Positions 19,798 to 27,818 of a DNA stretch of 64,000 bases are shown here, piece by piece. The DNA is taken from contig JAMLIC010000006.1 of assembly GCA_023954375.1 (NCBI GenBank), forward strand, positions 146,972-210,971. The letters are read 5' to 3'. Origin of the DNA: Planctomycetota bacterium (GTDB lineage Bacteria > Planctomycetota > J058). A program made the position numbers and the translations under genes. Below the pieces are notes generated by a model. It was not told the DNA's origin, did not search any database, and saw only the letters and a list, made by a program, of their open reading frames with translations. Numbering within the stretch: the stretch's first letter is position 1; every line of letters starts with the position of its first letter.

Positions 19798-20212
19798 CCC
19801 GCCGGGGTCCTCCGAGAAAGTCCGAGGTCGGGTGGAGGTCCACCTCGAGCGTCGCGTCCAGGTCCGCGATCGCCCTGAGGAGCGCCGGCGTGAGGGCGAG
19901 CGAAGGGGTCGTGTCCACGAGGACGCCGATCGCGAAGACGTAGGCCCTGACCTCCCGGCCGTCCATGAACGCCCGCAGCCTCTCGCGGTGCGGATCCACG
20001 CGGCCGAGCACGCGCTCGACGTGCGGTGTCAGGTCCCACCCCTCCTCCTCATCGGAGTCGAGCGCCCAGAGGTCGGCGGCCACGCGCGTCCGGCCGAGCG
20101 GCTCTCCCGCGCGCCGTGTCCGGGTGGGCTCGAGGCCGGTGGCGGCCGTGACGTCTGCCGGGTCGAAGGCCCCGGTCAGCTCGAAGCTCGCGCGGATCCG
20201 GGTCCGGGTCAC
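19787..20212 (-). CDS. DUF4279 domain protein
   Basis: MTRTRIRASFELTGAFDPADVTAATGLEPTRTRRAGEP... matches remembered DUF4279 N-terminal pattern (F.L.G...DPDEVT..LGL.PT); 141 aa. Confidence 0.6.
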   Translation of the reverse strand: MTRTRIRASFELTGAFDPADVTAATGLEPTRTRRAGEPLGRTRVAADLWALDSDEEEGWDLTPHVERVLGRVDPHRERLRAFMDGREVRAYVFAIGVLVDTTPSLALTPALLRAIADLDATLEVDLHPTSDFLGGPRRVTP

Positions 20213-20547
20213 CGCCGAACGAGCCCGATGATCATCAGCACGACCCCGCTGCCGAGGCCGCCCACGACGAGGCCGCCGAGGGCGCCCGCGAGCGCCCCCT
20301 CCGCCCCCCCGAACACGGTTCCGATCGCCACGCCGAGGACGAGCGCCACGACGGTGACGATCGCCTGGACGAGGTTGTCCTTGACGCGCAGGTTTGGGAC
20401 GAGCCCCACCTTGTCCTGCATGACGTCGTAGGTCAGCCCGCCCGGAGCGCGGCTCGTCCCCGCCGGCCGGCCGAGCGCCTCACCGCAGTGGAGGCAGCGC
20501 TCGGCGCCATCCGCGACGCTCTCTGCGCACATGGGGCAGGTGGTCAT
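20209..20547 (-). CDS. small zinc-ribbon membrane protein
   Basis: Start trimmed to MTTCPMCAESVADGAERCLHCGEALG then Gly/Ala-zipper TM region AIVTVVALVLGVAIGTVFGG...GGLVVGGLGSGVVLMIIGLV; upstream 87 aa of track ORF is low-complexity wrong-frame. Confidence 0.5.
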   Translation of the reverse strand: MTTCPMCAESVADGAERCLHCGEALGRPAGTSRAPGGLTYDVMQDKVGLVPNLRVKDNLVQAIVTVVALVLGVAIGTVFGGAEGALAGALGGLVVGGLGSGVVLMIIGLVRR

Positions 20548-20623
20548 GCCCGGAGGGTAGCCGGCGGCCATCCTGGTTGCCAGGTGCTTGCGATCGTCAC
20601 GATCCCGAGCGAGGCTGGCCCGC

Positions 20624-21109
20624 ATGAAGGTCGTGGTCTGTGCCTGCGGGGCGCGCAACGTCGTCGGCGGCGACTGCATCATCTGCGGCGCGCCGCTCGG
20701 CTCGCCCGCCGTCGCGGTCGCCGCGGCGGCCGCCTCGGCGCTCGGGCTGGCCCTGCTCTGGGCGCTGACGGGGTGGCTGACCGGCGTGCAGGCGCTCTGG
20801 TTCGGCATGTTCTTCGGCGTCGCCGTGAGCGGCGCGGTCGCTCACTTCAGCTTCGGCCGCGGCTGGCTGTACCAGGCGATCTCGTCCGGGGCGACGCTCG
20901 GCGGGATCGTCCTCGGCGAGACCCTGCTGCTCCTCCTCCTTCACGGGCGCCTCGGGTCGCTCCTCGGCCTCGAGCAGCCCAACCTCGGCCTCCTCGAGGC
21001 CGTGCGCTTCGCCGTCGTCGACGACGCGTGGTCGCTCGTCTTCGGGACGGTCGGCCTGCTCGGCGGCTTCTGGGTGTGGAAGCAGCCCGACCCCGCCGAG
21101 GACGCGTGA
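20624..21109 (+). CDS. small zinc-ribbon membrane protein (divergent partner of 20209..20547)
   Basis: Start trimmed to MKVVVCACGARNVVGGDCIICGAPLG then 3-4 TM helices. Confidence 0.5.
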   Translation: MKVVVCACGARNVVGGDCIICGAPLGSPAVAVAAAAASALGLALLWALTGWLTGVQALWFGMFFGVAVSGAVAHFSFGRGWLYQAISSGATLGGIVLGETLLLLLLHGRLGSLLGLEQPNLGLLEAVRFAVVDDAWSLVFGTVGLLGGFWVWKQPDPAEDA

Positions 21110-21127
21110 CCTGAGATACTCCCCGGC

Positions 21128-22408
21128 ATGGCCCCTCCCCTCCGCGCCGGGATCGTCACGATCGGCTCCGAGCTGACCTCGGGCACCCGCCTCGACACCA
21201 ACTCCCCCTGGCTGGCCAAGCGCCTGGCGCCGCTCGGCATCGAGGCCTGGGTGCACCGCTCCGTCCCCGACGACCTCGAGGCGATCGCCCGCGCCTTCGA
21301 CGAGGCCGCCGCCGAGGCGCAGGTGGTCATCAGCACCGGCGGGCTGGGGCCCACCTCCGACGACCTGACGCGCGACGCCCTCGCCCGGCTCCTCCGCGTG
21401 GACCTCGTCTTCGACGCGCCCTCGTGGGCCTCGATCGAGGCGCGCTTCGCCGCCTTCGGCCGCACGCCGTCCGACAGCAACCGCCGCCAGGCCGAGTTCC
21501 CCCGCGGCGCGCGGGTGCTGGCCACCGACGTCGGCACGGCGGCGGGCTTCGTCGTGCGCCACCGCGACGTGCCCGTCTACGCCGTCCCCGGCGTGCCGCG
21601 GGAGATGCGCTGGATGTGGGAGCGCTACCTGGAGCCCGACCTGCGCGCCCTCGGCGGCGCCGCGCGCGCGGTGCGCGCGTTCCGCTGCGTGGGGATCGCC
21701 GAGAGCGCGCTGGGCGAGCGCCTGAAGGAGGTCGAGGCGACCGCCGGGGTCGAGGTGCGCTACGCGGTCGAGGAGGCCGCCGGCACGATCGAGGTGCGCG
21801 TCCTGACGCCGCCCGACGTCGACGCCGACGTCCTCGCCGCGCGCGCCCACGCGCTCGTCGGCGCGCACCACGTCTGCGCCACGGGCGAGGACTCGCTGGC
21901 CGAGGGCCTCGCCCGCCTGCTGCTCGAGCGCCGCCTGACGGTCGCCTCGGCCGAGTCGTGCACCGGCGGGCGCATCGCCGCCGCGCTCACGGCGGTCCCG
22001 GGCATCTCGGCCGCGTTCCTCGAGGGCGTGGTCACCTACAGCAACGAGGCCAAGACCCGCCTCCTCGGCGTGCCCGCCGACGTGATCGCCGCGCGCGGCG
22101 CCGTGTCGGCCGAGGTGGCCCGGGCGATGGCCCAGGGCGCGCGCGAGCGCGCCGGCGCCGACTGGGGCGTCGCCACGACGGGCGTGGCCGGCCCCGGCGG
22201 CGGGTCGGCCGAGAAGCCGGTCGGCCTCGTGCACCTGGCCGTCGCCGGCCGCGACGGGACGATCCACCACGTCGAGCGGCGCTACCCGGGCGACCGCGAC
22301 CAGGTCCAGGCCCGCGCCACGGCCGGCGCCCTCGACCTCCTGCGCCGCGCCGTGCTCGGCGTCGTCGGCGACCGGGACCCGGACTGGGCCGGCACGCGCC
22401 GGGCCTGA
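21128..22408 (+). CDS. cinA: CinA family protein (MoCF-biosynthesis-like N-domain + nicotinamide-nucleotide amidohydrolase C-domain)
   Basis: GIVTIGSELTSGTRLDTNSPWLAKRL...VVISTGGLGPTSDDLTRDALA; C-terminal SAESCTGGRIAAALTAVPGIS...VATTGVAGPGGGSAEKPVGLVHLAVA. Confidence 0.85.
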   Translation: MAPPLRAGIVTIGSELTSGTRLDTNSPWLAKRLAPLGIEAWVHRSVPDDLEAIARAFDEAAAEAQVVISTGGLGPTSDDLTRDALARLLRVDLVFDAPSWASIEARFAAFGRTPSDSNRRQAEFPRGARVLATDVGTAAGFVVRHRDVPVYAVPGVPREMRWMWERYLEPDLRALGGAARAVRAFRCVGIAESALGERLKEVEATAGVEVRYAVEEAAGTIEVRVLTPPDVDADVLAARAHALVGAHHVCATGEDSLAEGLARLLLERRLTVASAESCTGGRIAAALTAVPGISAAFLEGVVTYSNEAKTRLLGVPADVIAARGAVSAEVARAMAQGARERAGADWGVATTGVAGPGGGSAEKPVGLVHLAVAGRDGTIHHVERRYPGDRDQVQARATAGALDLLRRAVLGVVGDRDPDWAGTRRA

Positions 22409-22453
22409 ACCTGCCGTCGCGAGGTACCCTGGGGTGGGGGCCGGGAGCGGCCC

Positions 22454-23335
22454 GTGCGGGTCTGCGTCGTCGTCAACCCCGCCGCCGGCAACGCCGACGC
22501 GCTCGACCGCCTCGCCGCGCGCCGCCCCGTCACCGTCTGGCGGGCGCCCGACGCGCGCGCCACGGCGACGCTCGCCGCCCGGGCCGCCCGCGAGGGCTTC
22601 GACCGCGTCGTCGCCGCCGGCGGCGACGGCACGCTCGCCCGCGTGGTCGAGGGCCTGGGCGCCCTCCGCGACCGGGTGGTCGTCGGCCTCGTGCCGCTCG
22701 GCACCGGCAACGACTTCGCCCGCACCGTGGGCCTCCCGCCCGACCCGCTCGACGCGCTGGACCTCGTCCTGCGCGGCGGCGCCGAGCGGCGCCTGGACCT
22801 GATCGAGGTCGCCGTCGCCGGCGCCGGGCGGCGCCTCTGCGTCAACGCCGCGCAGGGCGGCTTCTCGGGGCAGGTCGACGAGGGCCTCGACGGAGCGACC
22901 AAGGCCGCCTGGGGGCCGCTGGCGTACGTGCGCGCGGCCGTCGCCACCCTGCCGGCCCTGACCGCCTACGAGGTCGACCTCGTCCTGGACGGCGCGCCGC
23001 GGGAGCGCGTGGAGGCGATCAACGTCGTCGTCGCCAACGGGCGCACGGTCGGCGGGGGCGTGCGGGTCGCCCCGGAGGCCGACCCGGCCGACGGCCTGCT
23101 CGACGTGGTGGTCGTCCGCGCCGGGACGGCGCTCGGGCTCGCCGGCGTGGGCGCGAGGCTGGTCGCGGGCAACGTCCTCGAGAGCGACCTCGTGCTCCAC
23201 CGGCGCGCGCGGCGCGTGGCCCTCCGGGCGCGCCCGCCCATGCCCTTCAACGCCGACGGCGACCTCCTGCCGGCGGGCGACCTCGACCTCTCCGTCCTGC
23301 CCGGGGCGCTACGGATGGTCTGCGGAGAGATGTGA
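22454..23335 (+). CDS. diacylglycerol kinase catalytic domain family lipid kinase (second YegS/DagK paralog)
   Basis: GTG start; VCVVVNPAAGN..., GGDGT (VVAAGGDGTLARVV), GTGNDFAR. Confidence 0.8.
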   Translation: MRVCVVVNPAAGNADALDRLAARRPVTVWRAPDARATATLAARAAREGFDRVVAAGGDGTLARVVEGLGALRDRVVVGLVPLGTGNDFARTVGLPPDPLDALDLVLRGGAERRLDLIEVAVAGAGRRLCVNAAQGGFSGQVDEGLDGATKAAWGPLAYVRAAVATLPALTAYEVDLVLDGAPRERVEAINVVVANGRTVGGGVRVAPEADPADGLLDVVVVRAGTALGLAGVGARLVAGNVLESDLVLHRRARRVALRARPPMPFNADGDLLPAGDLDLSVLPGALRMVCGEM

Positions 23336-23340
23336 CGTGA

Positions 23341-23351
23341 GCGTCAGGCGA
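23341..23351. repeat. right arm of 11-bp perfect inverted repeat bracketing the permuted tRNA (TCGCCTGACGC in minus orientation)
   Basis: plus-strand GCGTCAGGCGA at 23341-23351 is the exact reverse complement of 23471-23481. Confidence 0.9.
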
Positions 23352-23375
23352 CGAGGGGTGGAGAGACCTGTTTCG

Positions 23376-23455
23376 CGCTCTATCCGATTGAGCTACCCCG
23401 CCACGGAACGGCGGGGGCGGGGCTCGAACCCGCAACCTCGTCCTTCGTAGGGATG
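23376..23455 (-). tRNA. circularly permuted tRNA-Arg(ACG): 3' half (pos 27-73; 23455..23409) + 6-nt linker TTCCGT + 5' half (pos 1-26; 23402..23376)
   Basis: Minus strand reads CATCC-CTACGAA-GGACG-AGGTT-GCGGG-TTCGAGC-CCCGC-CCCCGCC-G | TTCCGT | GGCGGGG-TA-GCTC-AATCGGATA-GAGC-G. Reordered, this gives a canonical 73-nt tRNA: 7-bp acceptor GGCGGGG/CCCCGCC, U8, A14, G18G19, R26, U33, anticodon ACG, A37, G53-T54-T55-C56-R57-A58, C61. One A:C mismatch in the anticodon stem; no encoded CCA. Confidence 0.5.
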
Positions 23456-23470
23456 GAGTCCCTCCTGCAT

Positions 23471-23481
23471 TCGCCTGACGC
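23471..23481. repeat. left arm of 11-bp inverted repeat bracketing the permuted tRNA
   Basis: plus-strand TCGCCTGACGC at 23471-23481; in the minus-strand transcript this leader GCGUCAGGCGA can pair with the trailer UCGCCUGACGC (plus a further GAGGG/CCCUC segment), juxtaposing tRNA positions 26 and 27. Confidence 0.9.
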
Positions 23482-23510
23482 CCGACCGACCCCTCCCGGC
23501 GCCGCCCCTG

Positions 23511-24770
23511 TCATCCGCCGGCCGCGGCCAGCGCGACCGCCAGCGCCGCCTCGCGCGTCAGGGCGCGCCCCTCGAGCTGCGCCTCCTCGGCGGCCGCGAG
23601 CGCCGGGCCGAAGTGCTTGCCCGGCTTCAGGCCGGCCGCCTGCAGGTCGGCGCCGCGCACGAGGGGCGGCGCGTCGAGGCGGGCCGCGGTCGGGTCGGCG
23701 GCGAAGGCCCGCGCGCGGAGGACGAGGTAGCGGTGCGGCTCGAGGTCGCCGTCGTCGGCCAGGAGCACGGCCCGCAGCAGGTCGGCGAACGGCCACCGGC
23801 TCACCTCGGCCCGGCGCAGGAAGCGCTTCTGCTCGGCGACGCAGAGGTCCCAAAGGCGGCGCGCGACGTCGAGCGCCTCGAGCGCGGCGCGCACCCGCTC
23901 GCGCTGCGCGTTGCTGGCGCGGAGCCGCGTGAGGGCCGCCTCCGCCGTGGCCGGCCCGGCGAGGTGGAGCGCCGCCGCCCAGGCCGCGTCGACCGGCGCG
24001 TCGCCGGGCAAGGCGGCGAGCGCCCGGAGGGCCCGCGGCAGGTCGACCCGCGCCTCGGGCAGGACGTGCGCGAGCACGCCGACCTCCTCGCAGAGGGCCA
24101 GCCCGCGCGCCCGCGTCGGCGGCGCGAGCACCTTCTGCAGCTCGGTGTGGACGCGCTCGGGCGAGACGCACGCGGGCACCTCGGGCGCGTGCGCCCGGCC
24201 GGCGGCCACCGTGGCCGGGTCGAGGCGGAAGCCCAGCGCCGCGGCGAAGCGCGGCGCGCGGAGGATCCGCAGGCGGTCCTCCAGGAAGCGCGCGTCGGCG
24301 TCGCCGATCGCCCGCACCACCCCGCGGACCAGGTCCTCGCGGCCGCCCACGAAGTCGAGGACCTCGTCGCCGATCGGGTCGTAGAACAGCCCGTTGATCG
24401 TGAAGTCGCGGCGCCGCGCGTCCTCCTCGGGCCCCGTGAAGCGCACCGCCGTCGGCCGCCGACCGTCCTCGTACTCCGCATCGACGCGGAACGTGGCGAC
24501 CTCGACCTCGACGGAGACCCCCTCGCGCGCCCGCTCGCGCACGCGGACGACGCCGAACTGCACCCCGACCGGGATCGAGCGGCGGAAGGCCCCCTGGACC
24601 TCCTCGGGCGTGGCGCTCGTGGCCACGTCGATGTCGCTCGCCTCGCGCCCGAGCAGGCGGTCGCGCACCGAGCCGCCCGCCCACAGCGCCTGGTGGCCGC
24701 GCTCGCGCAGCCGCCGGACCACCTGCAGGGCGGCCGCGCGGACGTCGGCAGGGTCTACGCGGGACGCCAC
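23511..24770 (-). CDS. cca: CCA tRNA nucleotidyltransferase (poly(A) polymerase head-domain family)
   Basis: WAGGSVRDRLLGREASDIDVATSATPEEV (GGxVRD...DxD), RDFTINGLFYDP, C-terminal probable HD-like region. Confidence 0.8.
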   Translation of the reverse strand: MASRVDPADVRAAALQVVRRLRERGHQALWAGGSVRDRLLGREASDIDVATSATPEEVQGAFRRSIPVGVQFGVVRVRERAREGVSVEVEVATFRVDAEYEDGRRPTAVRFTGPEEDARRRDFTINGLFYDPIGDEVLDFVGGREDLVRGVVRAIGDADARFLEDRLRILRAPRFAAALGFRLDPATVAAGRAHAPEVPACVSPERVHTELQKVLAPPTRARGLALCEEVGVLAHVLPEARVDLPRALRALAALPGDAPVDAAWAAALHLAGPATAEAALTRLRASNAQRERVRAALEALDVARRLWDLCVAEQKRFLRRAEVSRWPFADLLRAVLLADDGDLEPHRYLVLRARAFAADPTAARLDAPPLVRGADLQAAGLKPGKHFGPALAAAEEAQLEGRALTREAALAVALAAAGG

Positions 24771-24881
24771 CGCGGTCCTCCTCCGCCCCGAGCTTACCCG
24801 CTCACGGCGGCCGTCGCTTCGTCGTGAGGTCCACGTCCGGGGGCGGGACCTTGAGGCACGCAGACCGCGCCGTGAGCGCGC

Positions 24882-25985
24882 TCAGCGGGGGGTGACGCGC
24901 ACGCCGTCGCGGTCGATCCGGACCTCGAGGCGGGGCGACGCGGTCACGAGCCCCAGCTCCTCGGCGGTCGGCACCTCGCCCGGGCGCGCCTGCTGCCAGC
25001 GGTGGAAGCGCTCCTCGAGCGCGCGCTGGAGGCGCCGCGCCTCGACGCCCGGCGCGATCACCCGGCCCTCCTCCAGGCGATAGCCCACACCGAGCGGGTC
25101 CTCGACCCCGTGCTCGCGCAGGACCTCCAGCGCGTCGGGGAGCCGGCCGCCGCCGCGCTCGTGATGGCGCAGGGCGGCGTCGATGAACCGCCACAGCGCG
25201 TCCAGGTCGCCCGGCGGGGCGCCGGCCTGCTGGGCGACGTCGTCTGCGACCTGCTGCAGCGCCTGCGCGATGAGCGCCGCGCGCGTCTCGGTCAGGCGCC
25301 GCTCCGCCTGCGCGCGCATGGCCGGCTCGCCGTGGCCGGCCGCGTCGAGCCAGCGCTGCTCGTCGTAGCGCAGGGCCTCCAGGGGCGAGAGCCCGCGCGT
25401 GGCGAGGCGGCGGGCGAAGGCCTCGAGCTCGGGGGGCGCGCCGGGCAGCCCCACCGCGCGCTGCAGGAGCTCGCCCCCGCGGCGCACGTGCTCGACCCGC
25501 TCGTCCTCGGGCTTCCCGAGCCCGTCGAGGAGCTCGATCGAGGCCAGCTCCACGAAGAGCAGCCAGCGCCCCGGGTGGCCCACGGGGACGCCGCGCGCGG
25601 GGTCGATGCCCCGCTCCAGAAAAGCGCGCGCCAGGTCGGCGCGGTCGGCCACCGAGTAGAAGTAGACCGAGGCCCGCCGGTACGCCCCGGCGTCCATGGG
25701 GTCGAGCGCGAGGATCGCGTCGTACAGCCGCGAGATGTGCTCGTGGCGCAGGCGGTCCATCCCCTCGAGCCAGCGCATGAGGAAGTTGGTCGCGCGGATC
25801 TCCAGCAGGTTCGCCGCCGTCTGCGGGTGGCCGAACGTCAGGACGCGGAGGATGGCGCGCGGCGGCAGCACCTCGAGCACGTCCGGGGGCGGCGTGCGCC
25901 GCGCGTCGAGGCGGCCCTGCACGGGGAAGAGCAGGGCGGCGCCGGCGAGCGCGACGAGGGCCGGGGCGCGCCGGGCGAGGGCCAC
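24882..25985 (-). CDS. hypothetical secreted protein
   Basis: Signal peptide MALARRAPALVALAGAALLFPVQG; protein-like composition, high GC3. Confidence 0.6.
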   Translation of the reverse strand: MALARRAPALVALAGAALLFPVQGRLDARRTPPPDVLEVLPPRAILRVLTFGHPQTAANLLEIRATNFLMRWLEGMDRLRHEHISRLYDAILALDPMDAGAYRRASVYFYSVADRADLARAFLERGIDPARGVPVGHPGRWLLFVELASIELLDGLGKPEDERVEHVRRGGELLQRAVGLPGAPPELEAFARRLATRGLSPLEALRYDEQRWLDAAGHGEPAMRAQAERRLTETRAALIAQALQQVADDVAQQAGAPPGDLDALWRFIDAALRHHERGGGRLPDALEVLREHGVEDPLGVGYRLEEGRVIAPGVEARRLQRALEERFHRWQQARPGEVPTAEELGLVTASPRLEVRIDRDGVRVTPR

Positions 25986-26788
25986 TAGAGGACCTTCCGC
26001 CGGAACACGAGCGTGGCCAGCCCGAGCAGGACCGCCACGTAGACCGCCGCGTAGACGAGGGCCAGGCCGACGTGCCCCGGGTCGATCGGCACCCCGTGCG
26101 CGGCGTGGGCGCGCAGGTTGAAGTTCTCGAGGTTGGGCAGGAGCACGTACGCGCCGTAGAGCGCCCCCTCGAGCAGCGCCGCGCCGAGGCCCCCGACCTC
26201 GCGGGTCAGCTCGGCGCCGAGCCGGTTGAGGTCCGCCGTCACGTGCCCGGCGAGCGCGACGACGAAGGCGAACACGGCCCCCTCGATCGGGTGCGCCGCC
26301 ACGGAGAAGAACACCGCCACGCCGATGACGACCGCCAGCTCCACGTAGGTGAGCAGGAGCGCCAGGAGCAGCCCCGCCGACGGCCGGCCGCCGGCGAGGG
26401 CGTAGACGAGGAGGAAGCCGAGGCTCATGGCGGCGACGGCGACGGCCATGACCCCGGCGAGGCCAAGGTACTTGCCCACGATGAACCCGCCGCGGTCGAG
26501 CGGCCGGGCCAGCACGGTGTAGACGGTGCGCCGCTCGACCTCCTGGAAGACGAGGTTCGTGCCGAGGAAGATCGAGGCGATCGTCCCCAGGAGGGCGATC
26601 GCCGAGAGCGACAGGTCGGCCACCACCTTGAGCTGACGGGTCGGCTCGTCGCCGGAGACCCAGGCGAAGACGACGGAGACCCCCGCCATGAGCAGCGTGG
26701 CGCCGACCAGCGCGTGCAGGACGCGGTTGCGCGCCGACTCGCGGAAGGCCAGCCCGGCGACGGCCAGCACGGGGCCGAGGCGGCTCAC
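25985..26788 (-). CDS. ABC-2 type transporter permease
   Basis: GTG start overlapping ATPase stop (GTGA); 6 TM helices; in-frame tail of track ORF 25985..28501. Confidence 0.7.
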   Translation of the reverse strand: MSRLGPVLAVAGLAFRESARNRVLHALVGATLLMAGVSVVFAWVSGDEPTRQLKVVADLSLSAIALLGTIASIFLGTNLVFQEVERRTVYTVLARPLDRGGFIVGKYLGLAGVMAVAVAAMSLGFLLVYALAGGRPSAGLLLALLLTYVELAVVIGVAVFFSVAAHPIEGAVFAFVVALAGHVTADLNRLGAELTREVGGLGAALLEGALYGAYVLLPNLENFNLRAHAAHGVPIDPGHVGLALVYAAVYVAVLLGLATLVFRRKVL

Positions 26789-27810
26789 GCGGCGCCTCCG
26801 GCGGGCTGACGCGGCCTGCCGAAGGCCTCGAGGAAGCGCTCCTCGAGGCTGTGGCGGGCGGGCGTGAGCGCGACGACGTTCAGCCCGGCGCCGCGGGCCG
26901 CGTCGACCACGGCGTCGGCCTGGGCCTGGGTGGTGCAGCGGACGCGATGGACGTCGGCGCTCGTGACGGGCGGAGCGCCGGCGGCCGCCTCGACGGCCGC
27001 GGCGGCCTCCGGCGTGAGCGGGCCGGCGAGGCGCACCTCGATCGTCAGGTCGGCCTGGGCCATGAAGCCGGCGGTCGGGCCCTCGTAGGCCACCTTCGCG
27101 CCGTCGAGCACGACGAGGTGGTCGCAGACCGCCTCGACGTCGGAGAGGACGTGGCTGGAGAAGAACACCGTCCGGCCGCGGTCGCGCTGCCGGGCGATCA
27201 GCTCGCGCAGGTGGAGGCGCCCCATGGAGTCGAGCCCGTCGAGCGGCTCGTCGAGGACGAGGAGCTCCGGGTCGTGGACGAGCGCCTGCGCGAGGGCCAG
27301 ACGCTGGCGCATGCCCTTGGAGAAGCCGCGGACCGGCCGGTCGGCCGCGTCCGCGAGCTGCACCTCCTCGAGGAGGGCGGCGGCGCGGGCCGCGAGGTCC
27401 CGGCGGGGGACGCCGCTCAGGCGGCCGTAGAAGGAGAGCAGCTCGCGCGCCGTCAGGCCCTCGTAGAAGAACGGGGCCTCCTGCGCGTAACCCAGGACCC
27501 GCTGCGCGGCCGGCGTGCCGACGGGGTGCCCGGCGATGAGCGCGCGGCCTCCGGTGGGCGGGTTCACGCCCACCAGCACCTTGATCGTCGTGGTCTTGCC
27601 GGCGCCGTTGACGCCGAGGTACCCGGCGATGGCGCCGCGCGGCACGTGGAACGAGACGCCCTGGAGCACCTCTCGCCACGCCCGCCGGAACCCGGTGCGG
27701 TAGCCCGCCCGCAGCTCCTCGACCCGGATCACGCGCCCTCCCTCGTCGCTCACACCGCCGCTGCCCGTCGGCGGCGTGGCGGGCCGAGATTCTACGCCCG
27801 CGGCTATCAT
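26785..27810 (-). CDS. ABC transporter ATP-binding protein
   Basis: Walker A GVNGAGKTTT, signature FSKGMRQRL, Walker B LLVLDEPLDGLD, H-loop SSHVL; true start may be a downstream GTG/ATG. Confidence 0.85.
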   Translation of the reverse strand: MIAAGVESRPATPPTGSGGVSDEGGRVIRVEELRAGYRTGFRRAWREVLQGVSFHVPRGAIAGYLGVNGAGKTTTIKVLVGVNPPTGGRALIAGHPVGTPAAQRVLGYAQEAPFFYEGLTARELLSFYGRLSGVPRRDLAARAAALLEEVQLADAADRPVRGFSKGMRQRLALAQALVHDPELLVLDEPLDGLDSMGRLHLRELIARQRDRGRTVFFSSHVLSDVEAVCDHLVVLDGAKVAYEGPTAGFMAQADLTIEVRLAGPLTPEAAAAVEAAAGAPPVTSADVHRVRCTTQAQADAVVDAARGAGLNVVALTPARHSLEERFLEAFGRPRQPAGGAA

Positions 27811-27818
27811 CGGCGCGC

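Noticed and set aside
20597-23200. 867-aa minus-strand ORF
   Set aside because: It is antisense to cinA, the lipid kinase and the zinc-ribbon gene. Its composition (RGDAH-rich) is non-protein-like.
23341-23481. Conventional colinear tRNA on either strand
   Set aside because: The plus strand only contains reverse complements of the tRNA motifs. On the minus strand the D-arm half is not followed by an anticodon or T-arm, and the T-arm half is not preceded by a D-arm. Only the permuted reading gives a complete cloverleaf. A tmRNA interpretation is also rejected because the anticodon arm is intact and no tag-peptide frame follows.
26785-27810. Using the full 341-aa ATPase ORF start at 27810
   Set aside because: It is kept as a feature. 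The first ~25 codons (MIAAGVESRPATPPTGSGG) precede the conserved ABC N-terminus, so the true start is probably a downstream GTG. Only the start is uncertain, not the gene.
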